A stretch of DNA of 64,000 bases, taken from positions 1 through 64,000 of the forward strand of contig CBDFIJ010000004.1 in the NCBI GenBank assembly GCA_965248055.1. Direction: 5' to 3'. Every line of letters starts with the position of its first letter. Within the stretch, counting starts at the first letter, position 1. This document shows positions 37,473-50,150 of the stretch, piece by piece. The notes below the pieces were generated by a model. It did not search any database. It had not been told where the DNA came from and was given only the letters and a program-made list of their open reading frames with translations. The stretch comes from Candidatus Multivoradales bacterium. GTDB lineage: Bacteria; Acidobacteriota; Thermoanaerobaculia; Multivoradales; JAHEKO01. Made by a program: the position numbers and the translations under genes.

Positions 37473-39548
37473 ATGTCCCGCAAGGTCTCATTAGACAGAA
37501 CTCGCAACCTCGGCATCATGGCCCATATCGATGCTGGGAAGACCACGACCACCGAGCGTGTTCTGTTTTACACCGGAGTCAATTACAAGATCGGTGAGGT
37601 CCACGAAGGCACTGCCACCATGGACTGGATGGTCCAGGAGCAGGAGCGCGGCATCACCATCACCTCCGCAGCAACCACTTGTTTTTGGAAGGACTATCGA
37701 ATCAACATTATTGACACCCCGGGTCACGTTGACTTCACGGCTGAAGTGGAACGCTCCCTGCGGGTCTTGGACGGTGCGGTCGCGGTATTCGACGCCGTGG
37801 CCGGGGTAGAGCCTCAGTCTGAGACCGTCTGGCGTCAGGCCGACAAGTATCACGTGCCTCGGTTGGCCTTCGTCAATAAGATGGACCGCGTAGGTGCTGA
37901 TTTTGATCGCTGCGTCTCAATGATGAAGTCACGACTCGGCGCCTCTCCGGTGGTGGTGCAACTTCCTTGGGGCGCGGAAGACAAGCTGCGCGGCGTGATT
38001 GATCTTTTTGAAATGCGTGGTTTCGCCTATGACGACGAGACCATGGGTGCGGACTACACCGTCGAGGATATTCCCGCAGAGCTAGCGGAGGTCGCCGCAG
38101 CAACTCGCGAAGAGATGGTTGAGGTGATCGCCGAAACCAGCGACGACCTGACCGAAAAATATCTGGTCGGGGAAGAGATCGCCGTTGCAGAGCTCAAGAG
38201 CGCCTTGCGGCAGGCTACGATCCACAACAAGTTACAGCCGGTTTTGTGCGGCTCGGCATTCAAGAATAAGGGTGTACAGCCATTGCTGGATGCGGTGATT
38301 GATTTCTTACCTTCGCCGTTGGATCTCCCTCCGGTGGAGGGGCACGCGGTGGATGGCGACATGCCGATCACCCGCAAGCCTGAGGATAGTGAGCCCTTTT
38401 CGGCCTTGATTTTTAAGATCATGACCGATCCTTTTGTCGGACAACTGGCGTACTTTCGGGTCTACTCCGGTCGCGTTTCGTCCGGCGACTCGGTGCTCAA
38501 TGTCGGCAAGAGGAAGAGTGAGCGGATCGGCCGTATCTTGAAGATGCATGCCAACAAGCGTGAGGAAGTCTCGGAGATTGGCGCTGGCGATATCGCTGCG
38601 GCGGTTGGTCTCAAGGGTGTAACTACTGGAGACACCATCTGTTCTGCGGACGCACCGTTGTTGCTGGAATCAATGACCTTTCCTGAGCCGGTGATCGCGG
38701 TTTCGATTGAGCCCAACAGTAAGACGGACCAAGACAAATTGGCGACTTCTCTGGCTAAGTTGATGCAAGAGGATCCAACCTTTCGCGTCCACACCGAGCC
38801 GGATACTGGCCAGACTCTGATTTCGGGAATGGGTGAACTGCACTTGGAGATCATCACCGATCGTCTGATTCGCGAGTTCAGCGTTGGCGCCACCGTGGGT
38901 CGTCCCCAGGTTGCCTACAAGGAGACGATTCAGATCGAGTCCGACGGCGAAGGTCGCTTTGTCCGCCAGAGTGGAGGCCGTGGACAGTTCGGACACTGCA
39001 AGATCCGGGTGCGTCCGACTGCCGAAGAGGGGCTGGTGTTTAACAATCAGATCTCCGGTGGTTCGATTCCCCGTGAGTTTATTAAGCCGGTCCAGCAGGG
39101 GATCACTGAGGCGATGGAGACCGGTCCTTTGGCTGGCTACCCAATTTCTAGCCTCGAAGTGGATCTCTACGACGGTAGCTTTCATGATGTGGACTCTTCC
39201 GAGGTGGCGTTTAAGATCGCCGGTTCGATGGCACTGCAGGACGCTTTGAAGCGTGCCAATCCGGTGCTTCTGGAGCCGGTGATGAGTGTAGAAGTTGTAA
39301 CTCCCGAAGAGTACATGGGGGATGTCATCGGCGACATCACCTCGCGTCGCGGTCGGGTGCAGAAGATGGAAGGACGCGGCAACGCGCAGGTCATTTCCTG
39401 CCGCGTGCCGTTGTCAGAGATGTTTGGATACGCGACTGACTTGCGGTCTCAGACCCAGGGTCGGGCGAATTACACAATGCAGTTTGCTGCCTACGAGCAC
39501 GCTCCCAAGAGCGTTGCCGAAGAGGTTATTTCCAAGGCGGCTGGATAG
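37473..39548 (+). CDS. fusA: Elongation factor G
   Basis: [23 protein letters not shown]. Confidence 0.99.
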   Translation: MSRKVSLDRTRNLGIMAHIDAGKTTTTERVLFYTGVNYKIGEVHEGTATMDWMVQEQERGITITSAATTCFWKDYRINIIDTPGHVDFTAEVERSLRVLDGAVAVFDAVAGVEPQSETVWRQADKYHVPRLAFVNKMDRVGADFDRCVSMMKSRLGASPVVVQLPWGAEDKLRGVIDLFEMRGFAYDDETMGADYTVEDIPAELAEVAAATREEMVEVIAETSDDLTEKYLVGEEIAVAELKSALRQATIHNKLQPVLCGSAFKNKGVQPLLDAVIDFLPSPLDLPPVEGHAVDGDMPITRKPEDSEPFSALIFKIMTDPFVGQLAYFRVYSGRVSSGDSVLNVGKRKSERIGRILKMHANKREEVSEIGAGDIAAAVGLKGVTTGDTICSADAPLLLESMTFPEPVIAVSIEPNSKTDQDKLATSLAKLMQEDPTFRVHTEPDTGQTLISGMGELHLEIITDRLIREFSVGATVGRPQVAYKETIQIESDGEGRFVRQSGGRGQFGHCKIRVRPTAEEGLVFNNQISGGSIPREFIKPVQQGITEAMETGPLAGYPISSLEVDLYDGSFHDVDSSEVAFKIAGSMALQDALKRANPVLLEPVMSVEVVTPEEYMGDVIGDITSRRGRVQKMEGRGNAQVISCRVPLSEMFGYATDLRSQTQGRANYTMQFAAYEHAPKSVAEEVISKAAG

Positions 39549-39559
39549 GAGAGTCGGAG

Positions 39560-40750
<1,191 letters not shown>

Positions 40751-40804
40751 CGGATATTTAAGGAAACGTCGACAACAACCTAGTTGCCACGGAAGGTTAA
40801 GAGT

Positions 40805-41122
<318 letters not shown>

Positions 41123-41149
41123 CGAGGACTGCGAAGGGTTTTAAGGACA

Positions 41150-41779
41150 ATGCAAGTAATACTAGGAACCAAACTGGGGATGACCCAGATTTTTGCTGAG
41201 GATGGCCGGGTAGAGCCGGTGACCGTGGTTAAGGCGGGTCCTTGCGTGGTTGTGCAACGCAAGACGGTTGACTCGGACGGCTACGAAGCAGTGCAGTTGG
41301 GTCTGGTTGATCAAATTGCCAAGCGCAAGGTTTCCAAGGCGATGCGCGGTCATTTCAAGGCCGCCGATGTTGCTCCTATGCGACGGCTGGTAGAAGTGCG
41401 GGTCGACGCCGAAGACAAGACCAAGGTTGGTGACGAGTTTGGCGCCACCGTTTTCGCAGCGAACGACTACGTCGATATTTGTGCGGTGAGTAAAGGAAAG
41501 GGTTTCCAGGGGGTCATCAAGCGGCACGGATTTGGTGGTGGTCGCGCGACCCATGGTTCGATGTTCCATCGTGCTCCCGGTTCGATTGGCCAGGCCTCCG
41601 ATCCGTCGCGCGTGTTTCCTGGGATCAAGCTGCCTGGGCGTATGGGTGGAAAGAAAATCACCACCAAAAACTTGCAGGTCGTCAAAGTAGACGAAGAGCG
41701 TGGACTGTTGTTTTTGCGCGGCGCGGTTCCGGGTCCGAGAACCGGGTTTGTCTCGATTGTTAAGGCTCGGCGTGGTTAA
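41150..41779 (+). CDS. rplC: 50S ribosomal protein L3
   Basis: KLGMTQIF, KGKGFQG. Confidence 0.99.
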   Translation: MQVILGTKLGMTQIFAEDGRVEPVTVVKAGPCVVVQRKTVDSDGYEAVQLGLVDQIAKRKVSKAMRGHFKAADVAPMRRLVEVRVDAEDKTKVGDEFGATVFAANDYVDICAVSKGKGFQGVIKRHGFGGGRATHGSMFHRAPGSIGQASDPSRVFPGIKLPGRMGGKKITTKNLQVVKVDEERGLLFLRGAVPGPRTGFVSIVKARRG

Positions 41780-41821
41780 GGGACTGGTTCATAGGGTTCC
41801 GTCAAAAAGGTTCAAGTGAAG

Positions 41822-42445
41822 ATGAAAGTTGAAATCAAGAGTCTGGCGAACAAGAAGGTAGGGACGGTCGAACTGTCCGAGGAGGTGTTCGGCCAGCCGT
41901 ACAAAGAGCACTTGATTCACACGGCGGTGGTCGCCTATTTGGCGGCGCAGCGCTCTGGAACGCACAAAGCTAAGGGGCGTTCTGAGGTGGATGGCAGTGG
42001 TCGCAAGCTTTACCGGCAAAAGGGCACAGGTCGTGCGCGCGCCGGATCGGCGAAGAGTCCTCTACGCCGCAAGGGCGGAGTCGTGCATGGTCCACAGCCA
42101 CGTAATTACACCAACAAGCTCAGCCGTCGTGAAAAACGAGGTGCATTGATTTCAGCGTTGTCTCAGAAGGTGCGTCAAGAAGAGCTATTAGTGGTTTCCA
42201 ACCTAGAGCTGGAAGGGCCCAAGACCGCCAAGTTCGCGAGTACGTTGCAGGGTCTGGGAGTGAGCGGCAAAGCTTTGCTGGTGGATCGTTTTGACAACCA
42301 GAATCTGACCTTGGCTGCGCGCAACAATCCGGCACTTAAGAATGTCGACGCCCTGGCGGTAAACGTCTACGACGTTGTGGATAGACAAATGTTGGTGATT
42401 TCTGAGGACGGACTCAACCGCCTCACGGAGATGTTGAGCTCATGA
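41822..42445 (+). CDS. rplD: 50S ribosomal protein L4
   Basis: RQKGTGRARAG. Confidence 0.98.
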   Translation: MKVEIKSLANKKVGTVELSEEVFGQPYKEHLIHTAVVAYLAAQRSGTHKAKGRSEVDGSGRKLYRQKGTGRARAGSAKSPLRRKGGVVHGPQPRNYTNKLSRREKRGALISALSQKVRQEELLVVSNLELEGPKTAKFASTLQGLGVSGKALLVDRFDNQNLTLAARNNPALKNVDALAVNVYDVVDRQMLVISEDGLNRLTEMLSS

Positions 42446-42732
42446 GACGCGAAGATATTTTGGTTCGTCCGCTGATCACCGAAAAATCAGCGCTACAGAA
42501 TGAAATGGGTCAAGCGGTCGCCTTTCAGGTACACCGGGACGCCAACAAGATTGAGATTCGCAAGGCGGTCGAGGCTCAGTTCAAGGTCAAAGTGGTAGAT
42601 GTGCGAGTGGCGCGGGTGCGCGGCAAATTGCGTCGGCAAGGTCGTCACGCGGGCTATAAGCCAAGTTGGAAGAAAGCATACGTACGATTGGCTGAGGGTG
42701 AGAAGCCGCTCGAATTTTTTGAGGGTGCGTAG
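42442..42732 (+). CDS. rplW: 50S ribosomal protein L23
   Basis: PLITEK, WKKAYV. Confidence 0.98.
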   Translation: MRREDILVRPLITEKSALQNEMGQAVAFQVHRDANKIEIRKAVEAQFKVKVVDVRVARVRGKLRRQGRHAGYKPSWKKAYVRLAEGEKPLEFFEGA

Positions 42733-42772
42733 GGCCGCAGCGTAGGGAATAGGGAATAGGAAAGGTTTAGTT

Positions 42773-43603
42773 ATGGGTATTCGTCAGTATCGACCGGTCA
42801 ATCCCTCGCGGCGTTTTCAGACTTCGTCGACTTTTGAGGAGGTCACGAGTTCGACTCCGCACAAGCCGCTTACCACCGGCAAGCGTCGGATCAGTGGTCG
42901 TGGCAACAAGGGGCGGGTGACGATTCGTTTTCGCGGAGGCGCTCATAAGCGCCGCTACCGGGAGATCGATTTCAAGCGCAACAAGCATGGAATTCCTGCG
43001 CGGGTTGCGACCATTGAGTACGACCCAAACCGTAGCGCTCGGATCGCTCTGTTGGTTTATGCCGACGGCGAAAAGCGCTACATCTTAGCGCCGCGCGGGC
43101 TGACCGTGGGTTCCACGCTGATATCTGGAGCTGATGCCACGCCGGACGTCGGCAATTCGCTGCCGATCAGTGCGATTCCCCAGGGAACGATGATCCACAA
43201 CGTGGAGTTGAAGATCGGCAAAGGCGGGCAATTGGCGCGTAGCGCCGGAGCCGGAGCTCAGTTGATGGCCAAGGAGGGCCGGTTGGCTCAGGTCAGGCTT
43301 CCTTCTGGGGAAGTTCGTCGGGTACACGTCAACTGCTACGCAACGATTGGTGAAGTTGGCAATGAAGAGCACGGCAATCTGTCCTTGGGCAAAGCCGGAC
43401 GCAAGCGCTGGTTAGGTCGTCGGCCACACAACCGTGGTGTAGTGATGAACCCGGTGGACCATCCGATGGGTGGTGGTGAAGGGCGTAGTTCGGGTGGTCG
43501 TCACCCTTGTACGCCGTGGGGTGTCCCAACTAAGGGCTACAAGACCCGTCGTAACAAGCGGACTAACTCGGCGATCGTTCGTCGTCGCAGCAAGCGTAGG
43601 TAA
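42773..43603 (+). CDS. rplB: 50S ribosomal protein L2
   Basis: [21 protein letters not shown]. Confidence 0.99.
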   Translation: MGIRQYRPVNPSRRFQTSSTFEEVTSSTPHKPLTTGKRRISGRGNKGRVTIRFRGGAHKRRYREIDFKRNKHGIPARVATIEYDPNRSARIALLVYADGEKRYILAPRGLTVGSTLISGADATPDVGNSLPISAIPQGTMIHNVELKIGKGGQLARSAGAGAQLMAKEGRLAQVRLPSGEVRRVHVNCYATIGEVGNEEHGNLSLGKAGRKRWLGRRPHNRGVVMNPVDHPMGGGEGRSSGGRHPCTPWGVPTKGYKTRRNKRTNSAIVRRRSKRR

Positions 43604-43615
43604 GGGGATTAAGAA

Positions 43616-43900
43616 ATGGCACGTTCGCTAAAAAAAGGCTTCTTCATCGACGATCACCTCTATCGCAAGGTGATGGCTCTGGACCCCAACTCTGGAGGCC
43701 AAGTGCTCAAAACTTGGTCCCGGCGCTCAACCATCATTCCGGAAATGGTGGGACACACGATTGCGGTTCACAACGGCACCAAGTTCATTCCGGTGTTTGT
43801 TTCGGAGAATTTGGTTGGACACAAACTGGGTGAATTCGCGATGACACGTACGTTTCGTGGTCACACCAGTGGCAAGAAGGAAAAGATGGCCCGCCGCTAA
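43616..43900 (+). CDS. rpsS: 30S ribosomal protein S19
   Basis: [15 protein letters not shown]. Confidence 0.99.
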   Translation: MARSLKKGFFIDDHLYRKVMALDPNSGGQVLKTWSRRSTIIPEMVGHTIAVHNGTKFIPVFVSENLVGHKLGEFAMTRTFRGHTSGKKEKMARR

Positions 43901-43924
43901 GCGGGGCATTGGTAGGAGTCGAAA

Positions 43925-44272
43925 ATGGAATCGATCGCAAAACTTCGCTATTTGCAGGCCTCGCCGCAGAAGGTGCGCCTGGTAGCGGATTTGGTACGCG
44001 GGAAAGATGTCGAAGACGCTTCCGCGATCTTGAAGTTCAGTAAGAAATCCGCTGCACGCCCGCTCGGCAAACTGTTGCGCTCGGCGATCGCCAATGCCGA
44101 GAATCGCGACGATCAAATTGATTTGGATCGTCTGTTTGTCAAGGAAATTTTTGTCGACGGCGGGCCGACGCTGAAACGCTTTAAGGCTCAACCGATGGGA
44201 CGCGCATTTCGCATTCTCAAACGCCAGAGTCACGTCACCATCAAGCTCGCCACGCGCGACAACGAGGACTAA
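43925..44272 (+). CDS. rplV: 50S ribosomal protein L22
   Basis: SPQKVRLV, SAIANAE. Confidence 0.98.
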   Translation: MESIAKLRYLQASPQKVRLVADLVRGKDVEDASAILKFSKKSAARPLGKLLRSAIANAENRDDQIDLDRLFVKEIFVDGGPTLKRFKAQPMGRAFRILKRQSHVTIKLATRDNED

Positions 44273-44281
44273 GGAGCAACT

Positions 44282-44938
44282 GTGGGTCAGAAGACACATC
44301 CATACGGATTTCGGTTGGTATTCAACCGTAATTGGCGTTCCAAGTGGTATGCCGAGCGCGACTACGCAAAGACGCTGAAGGAGGACTTGCGGTTACGCAA
44401 TCACCTGAAACAACGGCTGTACCACGCGGGAATTAGTGAAATTCACATTGAGCGTGCCGCCGATACTCTGCGGGTTACCATTTTTACCGCCCGACCTGGG
44501 ATCATTATCGGTCGCAAGGGGGTTGAGGTGGACAAGCTGCGCGACGACCTAATGAAGATGGTCGGTCGCCCGGTTCACGTCAACATTCAAGAGATCCAGC
44601 GTCCCGAGCTGGACGCGCAACTGGTTGCTGAGAATATTGCCGGACAGCTGCTACGCAGGGTGATGTTTCGTCGGGCGATGAAGAAGGCGATGGAATCGGC
44701 GTTTCGCTTCGGTGCCAAGGGCGTCAAGGTGATGCTCTCCGGTCGTCTGGGCGGTCATGAAATCGCGCGTACCGAGTGGTATCAAGAGGGGCGCTTGCCT
44801 TTGCACACATTGAAGGCCGAAGTGGACTACGGCCTAGCCGAGGCGCAGACCACCTACGGAGTGATCGGAATCAAGGTTTGGATTTACAAGGGCGACCACC
44901 ATCAGGAAAAAGGTCGTCCGATGCAGGCAACGCTGTAG
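44282..44938 (+). CDS. rpsC: 30S ribosomal protein S3
   Basis: [25 protein letters not shown]. Confidence 0.99.
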   Translation: MGQKTHPYGFRLVFNRNWRSKWYAERDYAKTLKEDLRLRNHLKQRLYHAGISEIHIERAADTLRVTIFTARPGIIIGRKGVEVDKLRDDLMKMVGRPVHVNIQEIQRPELDAQLVAENIAGQLLRRVMFRRAMKKAMESAFRFGAKGVKVMLSGRLGGHEIARTEWYQEGRLPLHTLKAEVDYGLAEAQTTYGVIGIKVWIYKGDHHQEKGRPMQATL

Positions 44939-44968
44939 GGATTCGGGCAAGTTAGAGGAGTTATTGCG

Positions 44969-45388
44969 ATGTTAATGCCCAAGAAGGTCAAGTACCGGAA
45001 GCGCCAAAGGGGTCGGCGTTCAGGCGGTGCCAAGAGAGGCACTCGGATTGCCTTTGGTGACTATGGAATTCAGACCTTGGACGCTGGTTGGATTACCGCT
45101 CGGCAGATCGAAGCCGGTCGTATTGCGATCACTCGTGCCATGAAGCGTGGCGGTAAAGTCTGGATCCGCATTTTCCCGGACAAGCCGATTAGCAAGAAGC
45201 CTTTGGAAACCAGAATGGGTAAGGGAAAAGGTAGTCCCGAAGAGTGGGTCGCGGTGGTCAAGCCGGGGCGCATCCTTTATGAAGTTGAGGGCGTGGATGA
45301 AGCAACGGCCAAAGAGGCGATCCGACTCGCTTCGCACAAGTTTGGCGTCAAGACGCGCTTTGTTTCGCGTCATGAAGAGTGGATCTAA
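44969..45388 (+). CDS. rplP: 50S ribosomal protein L16
   Basis: RMGKGKG. Confidence 0.99.
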   Translation: MLMPKKVKYRKRQRGRRSGGAKRGTRIAFGDYGIQTLDAGWITARQIEAGRIAITRAMKRGGKVWIRIFPDKPISKKPLETRMGKGKGSPEEWVAVVKPGRILYEVEGVDEATAKEAIRLASHKFGVKTRFVSRHEEWI

Positions 45389-45406
45389 GGATTTTAGAAG
45401 ACGATT

Positions 45407-45610
45407 ATGCTGGCACAAGAATTAAGAACGGATACCGCCGAGGGGCTGCGCGCGCGCGAAATAGAACTGGCTAACCAGTTGTTTGCTTTGCGCACCCAGA
45501 AAGTAACTGGCCAGATGGAAAATCCGGCGACGATTCGGCGGGTGAAACGGGATCTCGCTAGGGTTTTGACAGTGTTGCGGGAGAAGACCATGGAAGAGGA
45601 AAGCAAATGA
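45407..45610 (+). CDS. rpmC: 50S ribosomal protein L29
   Basis: ENPATIRRVKRDLARVLT; synteny. Confidence 0.95.
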   Translation: MLAQELRTDTAEGLRAREIELANQLFALRTQKVTGQMENPATIRRVKRDLARVLTVLREKTMEEESK

Positions 45611-45888
45611 CCGAGCAAGTGTCTGAACGGGGCCGGACCCCAACCCTGACGGGGACCGTGGTCGGTAGCCCGCAAGAGAAAACAGCGATAGTCGCGGTTC
45701 AGCGGACGGTCTTGCATCCGCTGTATCGACGTTATGTGAAAAAGACTCGGAAGTTCTATGCCCACGACGAGACCAACGACTGTCGCGCCGGCGACCGGGT
45801 GGTGATCGTGGCCAGTCGACCGATGTCGAAGCTCAAGCGTTGGAGAGTGCGAGAAGTCCTTGAACGGTCCGAGGAGCACTCACAATGA
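45607..45888 (+). CDS. rpsQ: 30S ribosomal protein S17
   Basis: [17 protein letters not shown]. Confidence 0.97.
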   Translation: MTEQVSERGRTPTLTGTVVGSPQEKTAIVAVQRTVLHPLYRRYVKKTRKFYAHDETNDCRAGDRVVIVASRPMSKLKRWRVREVLERSEEHSQ

Positions 45889-46253
45889 TTCAAATGGGAA
45901 GCGTCCTCGACGTTGCCGATAATTCGGGTGCTCGCAAGATCGCTTGTATTCGTCTTCGGGGTGGCTCAGCGGGGCAATACGGTGGCTTGGGCGACGTGAT
46001 TACGGCGTCGGTCAAAGAGGCATCCCCCGATGGCACGGTGAAGAAGGGTGCGGTGGTGCGCGCGGTGATCGTGCGGGTGCGCAAAGCTACCCGACGTTCG
46101 GATGGTAGCTACATTCGCTTTGACACCAACTCGGCAGTGATCATCGGTGATACCCAGGAGCCGGTGGGCACGCGTGTCTTCGGGCCGGTTGCTCGTGAGC
46201 TGCGAGAGAAGCGATTCATGAAGATCGTGTCTCTGGCACCGGAAGTGATCTAA
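45885..46253 (+). CDS. rplN: 50S ribosomal protein L14
   Basis: [15 protein letters not shown]. Confidence 0.99.
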   Translation: MIQMGSVLDVADNSGARKIACIRLRGGSAGQYGGLGDVITASVKEASPDGTVKKGAVVRAVIVRVRKATRRSDGSYIRFDTNSAVIIGDTQEPVGTRVFGPVARELREKRFMKIVSLAPEVI

Positions 46254-46267
46254 GGGATTCTGAGGCC

Positions 46268-46609
46268 ATGGCAAAATTACAAACCAAACAGAAATTGAAG
46301 ATTAAAAAAGGGGACCAGGTTCTGATTCTTACCGGTCGTAGTAAGGGCCAGCGTGGCAAGGTTTTGCGCGTGACCCCGGCCAAGAGCACGGCGATCGTCG
46401 AAGGCGCCAATTTGATTCGCAAGCACGAGCGGCCCAATCCTTCCAAGCAGGTGAAGGGTGGAATCTTGGAGACTGAAGGACCGATCCACATCTCCAACTT
46501 GATGCTGATCGACCCGGAAGGTGGCAAACCAACTCGGGTTGGCCGCAAGAGACTTGAGGATGGAAGTGGCGTTCGCGTAGCTCGTAAATCTGGCGCCACC
46601 TTCGACTAG
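46268..46609 (+). CDS. rplX: 50S ribosomal protein L24
   Basis: KKGDQV, IHISNL. Confidence 0.98.
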   Translation: MAKLQTKQKLKIKKGDQVLILTGRSKGQRGKVLRVTPAKSTAIVEGANLIRKHERPNPSKQVKGGILETEGPIHISNLMLIDPEGGKPTRVGRKRLEDGSGVRVARKSGATFD

Positions 46610-46645
46610 GTAGTTCGACTGAGTATTTAAGAGAGAACAAGAGAA

Positions 46646-47275
46646 ATGGCTAAGAAAGATAACAATGGGACTGCTTCCGCTTTGGCGGGCATACCGCGGT
46701 TGAAAGAAAGGTACCGCGAGCAGGTGGTGCCTAAGTTGATGGCGGAGTTCGAGTTGGACAACATCATGGCAGTGCCGACCATCCGCAAGGTGGTCCTCAA
46801 TATGGGGGTTGGTGCCGCGACGCAGAACATTAAGGTGCTCGAGACCGCCAGTGAAGAGTTGGCGCAGATTGCCGGTCAACGGCCGGTGATCACGCGAGCT
46901 AAGAAATCGATTGCTGCGTTCAAGGTTCGCGAAGGAATGCCGATCGGTTGTCGGGTGACCCTGCGCGGCCCCAAAATGTGGGAATTCTTGGATCGCTTGA
47001 TTTCTACTGCGCTGCCCAGGGTTCGTGATTTCCGGGGTATTCCAGAGACCGCGTTTGACGGCCGAGGAAACTACACCCTGGGAATTGCCGATCACTTGGT
47101 CTTCCCTGATCTTGACTACGACCGAGTGGACACCCCCAAGGGATTGAATGTAACGTTGGTAACCACCGCTGACAACAACGAGCAGGCAGCGTTTCTGCTG
47201 CGCGAAATCGGCATGCCGTTTCGTCGTGGCCAGGCCGCAGAACAGCAAGACGACGCTGAGGGAGCAGAAGCATGA
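46646..47275 (+). CDS. rplE: 50S ribosomal protein L5
   Basis: LPRVRDFRG, FDGRGNY. Confidence 0.99.
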   Translation: MAKKDNNGTASALAGIPRLKERYREQVVPKLMAEFELDNIMAVPTIRKVVLNMGVGAATQNIKVLETASEELAQIAGQRPVITRAKKSIAAFKVREGMPIGCRVTLRGPKMWEFLDRLISTALPRVRDFRGIPETAFDGRGNYTLGIADHLVFPDLDYDRVDTPKGLNVTLVTTADNNEQAAFLLREIGMPFRRGQAAEQQDDAEGAEA

Positions 47276-47670
47276 CCATGACCGATCCGATTGCGGATCT
47301 ACTGACCCGGATACGCAACGCGCACCAGGTCAAGCATGACCGACTGATTGCGCCGGGTTCCAAGATCAAGGAAGAAATTTGTCGAATCCTGCAGGAAAAT
47401 CATTTTATCCACGGGTTTGAGGTTCGCAAAGCGGGCCCTGGAACCGAGATCGAAATCGAGCTCGCTTATACCGCTGATGGGGATCCGGCAATTCGTCGCT
47501 TGCGTCGAGTGAGTCGCTCCGGACGCAAGGTCTATAGCGGTACTGCCGCGCTCAAGCCGGTGCTAGCTGGACTGGGAATGAATATTGTTTCGACTTCACA
47601 AGGACTGATGACCGACAACGAAGCGCGTGATCGCGGCGTCGGCGGTGAAGTCCTTTGCGAGATTTGGTAG
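47272..47670 (+). CDS. rpsH: 30S ribosomal protein S8
   Basis: DPIADLLTRIRN, GGEVLC. Confidence 0.99.
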   Translation: MTMTDPIADLLTRIRNAHQVKHDRLIAPGSKIKEEICRILQENHFIHGFEVRKAGPGTEIEIELAYTADGDPAIRRLRRVSRSGRKVYSGTAALKPVLAGLGMNIVSTSQGLMTDNEARDRGVGGEVLCEIW

Positions 47671-47684
47671 GGAGTTAAGAGCGC

Positions 47685-48227
47685 ATGTCGAGAATTGGAA
47701 AACAGCCGATCGAGATTCCAGCCGCAGCCAAGGTCAAGTTTGACCAAGGGGTGCTGACCGCAGAAGGACCGAAAGGCAAAGTGGAGCAGGTGGTCAAAGG
47801 CGTCGATCTGGTGATCGAGGACGGCACCATTCGGGTTCAGGCGCTTGGCGAAAGCGGTAACGACCGAGCCATGCACGGTCTGATGCGTTCGCTGGTGGCC
47901 AACGCCGTGGCAGGGGTTAGCGAGGGTTTTGAAAAGGTTCTCGAGATTCACGGGGTTGGATATCGTGGCGAGGTTCAGGGCAGCAATTTGACCTTGTCTC
48001 TGGGCTACTCGCATCCGGTGGTGTTTGCCATTCCGGAAGGGATCGACGTTGAGATCGACAAGCAGAATCGGATCACCGTACGCGGAGCGGACCGGCAGAA
48101 AGTGGGGCAAGTGGCTGCAGAACTGAGAAATCTGAGAAAGCCTGATCCCTACAAGGCCAAGGGTATCCGGTACTCCGGTGAGGTTATCCGCCGTAAGGTT
48201 GGTAAGTCTGGCGTCGGCGCCGCTTAG
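47685..48227 (+). CDS. rplF: 50S ribosomal protein L6
   Basis: MSRIGK, PDPYKAKGI. Confidence 0.99.
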   Translation: MSRIGKQPIEIPAAAKVKFDQGVLTAEGPKGKVEQVVKGVDLVIEDGTIRVQALGESGNDRAMHGLMRSLVANAVAGVSEGFEKVLEIHGVGYRGEVQGSNLTLSLGYSHPVVFAIPEGIDVEIDKQNRITVRGADRQKVGQVAAELRNLRKPDPYKAKGIRYSGEVIRRKVGKSGVGAA

Positions 48228-48268
48228 GATATTGAACGGTAAGAGTCACGAGAAGTAGGTAGACAACT

Positions 48269-48643
48269 ATGAACATCACGCAAAGAAAATCCAAACGCAG
48301 GATTCAAGCGCACTACAGAGTTCGGGCTCGAGTCGCTGGTACATCGAAACGCCCTCGGCTGGCGGTCTACAAGAGCGGACGCTTCATCTATGCGCAATTG
48401 ATTGATGATCGTGAAGGTGAGACTTTGGCGCAGGCAAACTCGCGAGAAGAGGCTGTCCAGACCGGTCTTGAGTCGAACGGTCCGAGCAGTAAGGCTGCGG
48501 CCAAGCTGGTGGGACACAACATCGCCGAGCGAGCCGCCGCAAAAGGTATTTCCATATGTGTCTTTGATCGCGGTGGGTATCGATACCACGGTCGAGTCAA
48601 GGAACTAGCCGAAGCAGCGCGCAACAACGGACTTGCCTTCTAG
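48269..48643 (+). CDS. rplR: 50S ribosomal protein L18
   Basis: RPRLAV, FDRGGYRYHGRV. Confidence 0.98.
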   Translation: MNITQRKSKRRIQAHYRVRARVAGTSKRPRLAVYKSGRFIYAQLIDDREGETLAQANSREEAVQTGLESNGPSSKAAAKLVGHNIAERAAAKGISICVFDRGGYRYHGRVKELAEAARNNGLAF

Positions 48644-48805
48644 GGGTTTGTTGAGAAAATCTCATGAGTTGCGCGACACGGTCTTTCGGTTCAGATTCAA
48701 GGCGCGAGGAGGAGTCGATGCCGGCTATCGCTGACGACGAGCAACGCAGAAGATGCGCCGCAACCTATGAGATTTTTCAGCAAGCCCCTCGGGCGGAGGA
48801 ACGAC

Positions 48806-49501
48806 GTGAATAGTCAGTTTGAGAGACAATCAGAATTCTACGAGAACGTAGTGAGTATCAACCGGGTCACCAAGGTGGTCAAGGGTGGTAAGAACTTCGC
48901 ATTCACCGCATTGGTTGTGGTTGGCGACGGCAATGGTCGTGTTGGCTACGCTCTAGGGCGCGCCAAAGAAGTACCTGTGGCTATCCGTAAGGGCATGGAA
49001 GTGGCGCGCAAACAATTGGTGTCGGTTGCGCTTTCCGGAACCACCATTCCCCACGAGGTGGTTGGCAAATACGTATCCAGTCGAGTGCTGTTGAAGCCGG
49101 CGTCGGACGGTACCGGTGTTATCGCTGGTGGACCGGTTCGTGCGGTACTTGAGAGCGTGGGGATTCAGAATATTCTGACCAAATCTCTGGGATCAAAAAA
49201 CCCCATCAACGTGGTAAAAGCGACGATTGAGGCACTTATGCAATTGCGCACCGAACGGATCCTTCCGGCGGGGGTGTATGTTGATGGGACCAATGGAAAC
49301 GGTACCGCGGATGCAGAAACAACGATGGTTGAGGAAGTTGCTGAAGCGATTTCGCAAGCCGCCGCCGAGGTGAGCGAGGCGGCTGAGACGGCTGGTGACA
49401 GCGTCTCCGAAGCCAGTACTGCTGGAGCCAGTACTGCCAAAGACACTGCTGCCAAAGACACGGTTTCCAAGGATGCTGCACCGACAACCGACGAGAGCTA
49501 G
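48806..49501 (+). CDS. rpsE: 30S ribosomal protein S5 with long C-terminal extension
   Basis: [19 protein letters not shown]; GGAGG RBS before GTG at 48806. Confidence 0.97.
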   Translation: MNSQFERQSEFYENVVSINRVTKVVKGGKNFAFTALVVVGDGNGRVGYALGRAKEVPVAIRKGMEVARKQLVSVALSGTTIPHEVVGKYVSSRVLLKPASDGTGVIAGGPVRAVLESVGIQNILTKSLGSKNPINVVKATIEALMQLRTERILPAGVYVDGTNGNGTADAETTMVEEVAEAISQAAAEVSEAAETAGDSVSEASTAGASTAKDTAAKDTVSKDAAPTTDES

Positions 49502-49511
49502 GGATTGATCA

Positions 49512-49712
49512 ATGACTGCCAAGAAAAAAGTTAGCACCGTCCGTGTGCGCCAAATGAAGAGCCTGATCGGTGGCAAGAAACAGCACCGCGACGCAATGAG
49601 CGGTCTGGGACTGCGTCGCATTCGGCACGAAGTGGAACGCGAAGATACCGCAGCTACCCGAGGTCTGATCCACAAGGTTAGACATCTGGTGGCAGTGGTC
49701 GAGGACTCATAA
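49512..49712 (+). CDS. rpmD: 50S ribosomal protein L30
   Basis: KSLIG, LGLRRI, KVRHLV. Confidence 0.96.
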   Translation: MTAKKKVSTVRVRQMKSLIGGKKQHRDAMSGLGLRRIRHEVEREDTAATRGLIHKVRHLVAVVEDS

Positions 49713-50150
49713 ATGAAACTGCAAGATCTTTCTCCCAATCCAGGAAGTCGCCCGACCAAGAAGCGGGTGGGACGAGGGCCTGGTTCGGGTACTGGTAAGA
49801 CCGCTGGCCGAGGTCATAACGGGCAGCGATCCCGTTCTGGTTTTAGTCGTCGCTACGGCTTCGAAGGTGGCCAGATGCCGTTGGTTCGGCGGGTTCCCAA
49901 GCGGGGGTTCTTTAACCGTTTTCGGGTCGAGTACACAGTGCTGAACGTGGGCCAAATTGGCGAAGACATCACCGAACTGAATCCAGAGATGCTGCGTGCG
50001 CGCGGTTGGTTGGGCAAGACCGAGTTGTTCAAAGTGTTGGGACAGGGAGACTTAGAGCACGCAGTGACCGTCAAGGCACATGGGTTCAGTGAGTCTGCCC
50101 GGACCAAGATCGAGAAGGCTGGTGGCAGCTGTGAGGTAATTGAATCGTGA
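49713..50150 (+). CDS. rplO: 50S ribosomal protein L15
   Basis: GRGPGSG, FEGGQMPL. Confidence 0.99.
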   Translation: MKLQDLSPNPGSRPTKKRVGRGPGSGTGKTAGRGHNGQRSRSGFSRRYGFEGGQMPLVRRVPKRGFFNRFRVEYTVLNVGQIGEDITELNPEMLRARGWLGKTELFKVLGQGDLEHAVTVKAHGFSESARTKIEKAGGSCEVIES

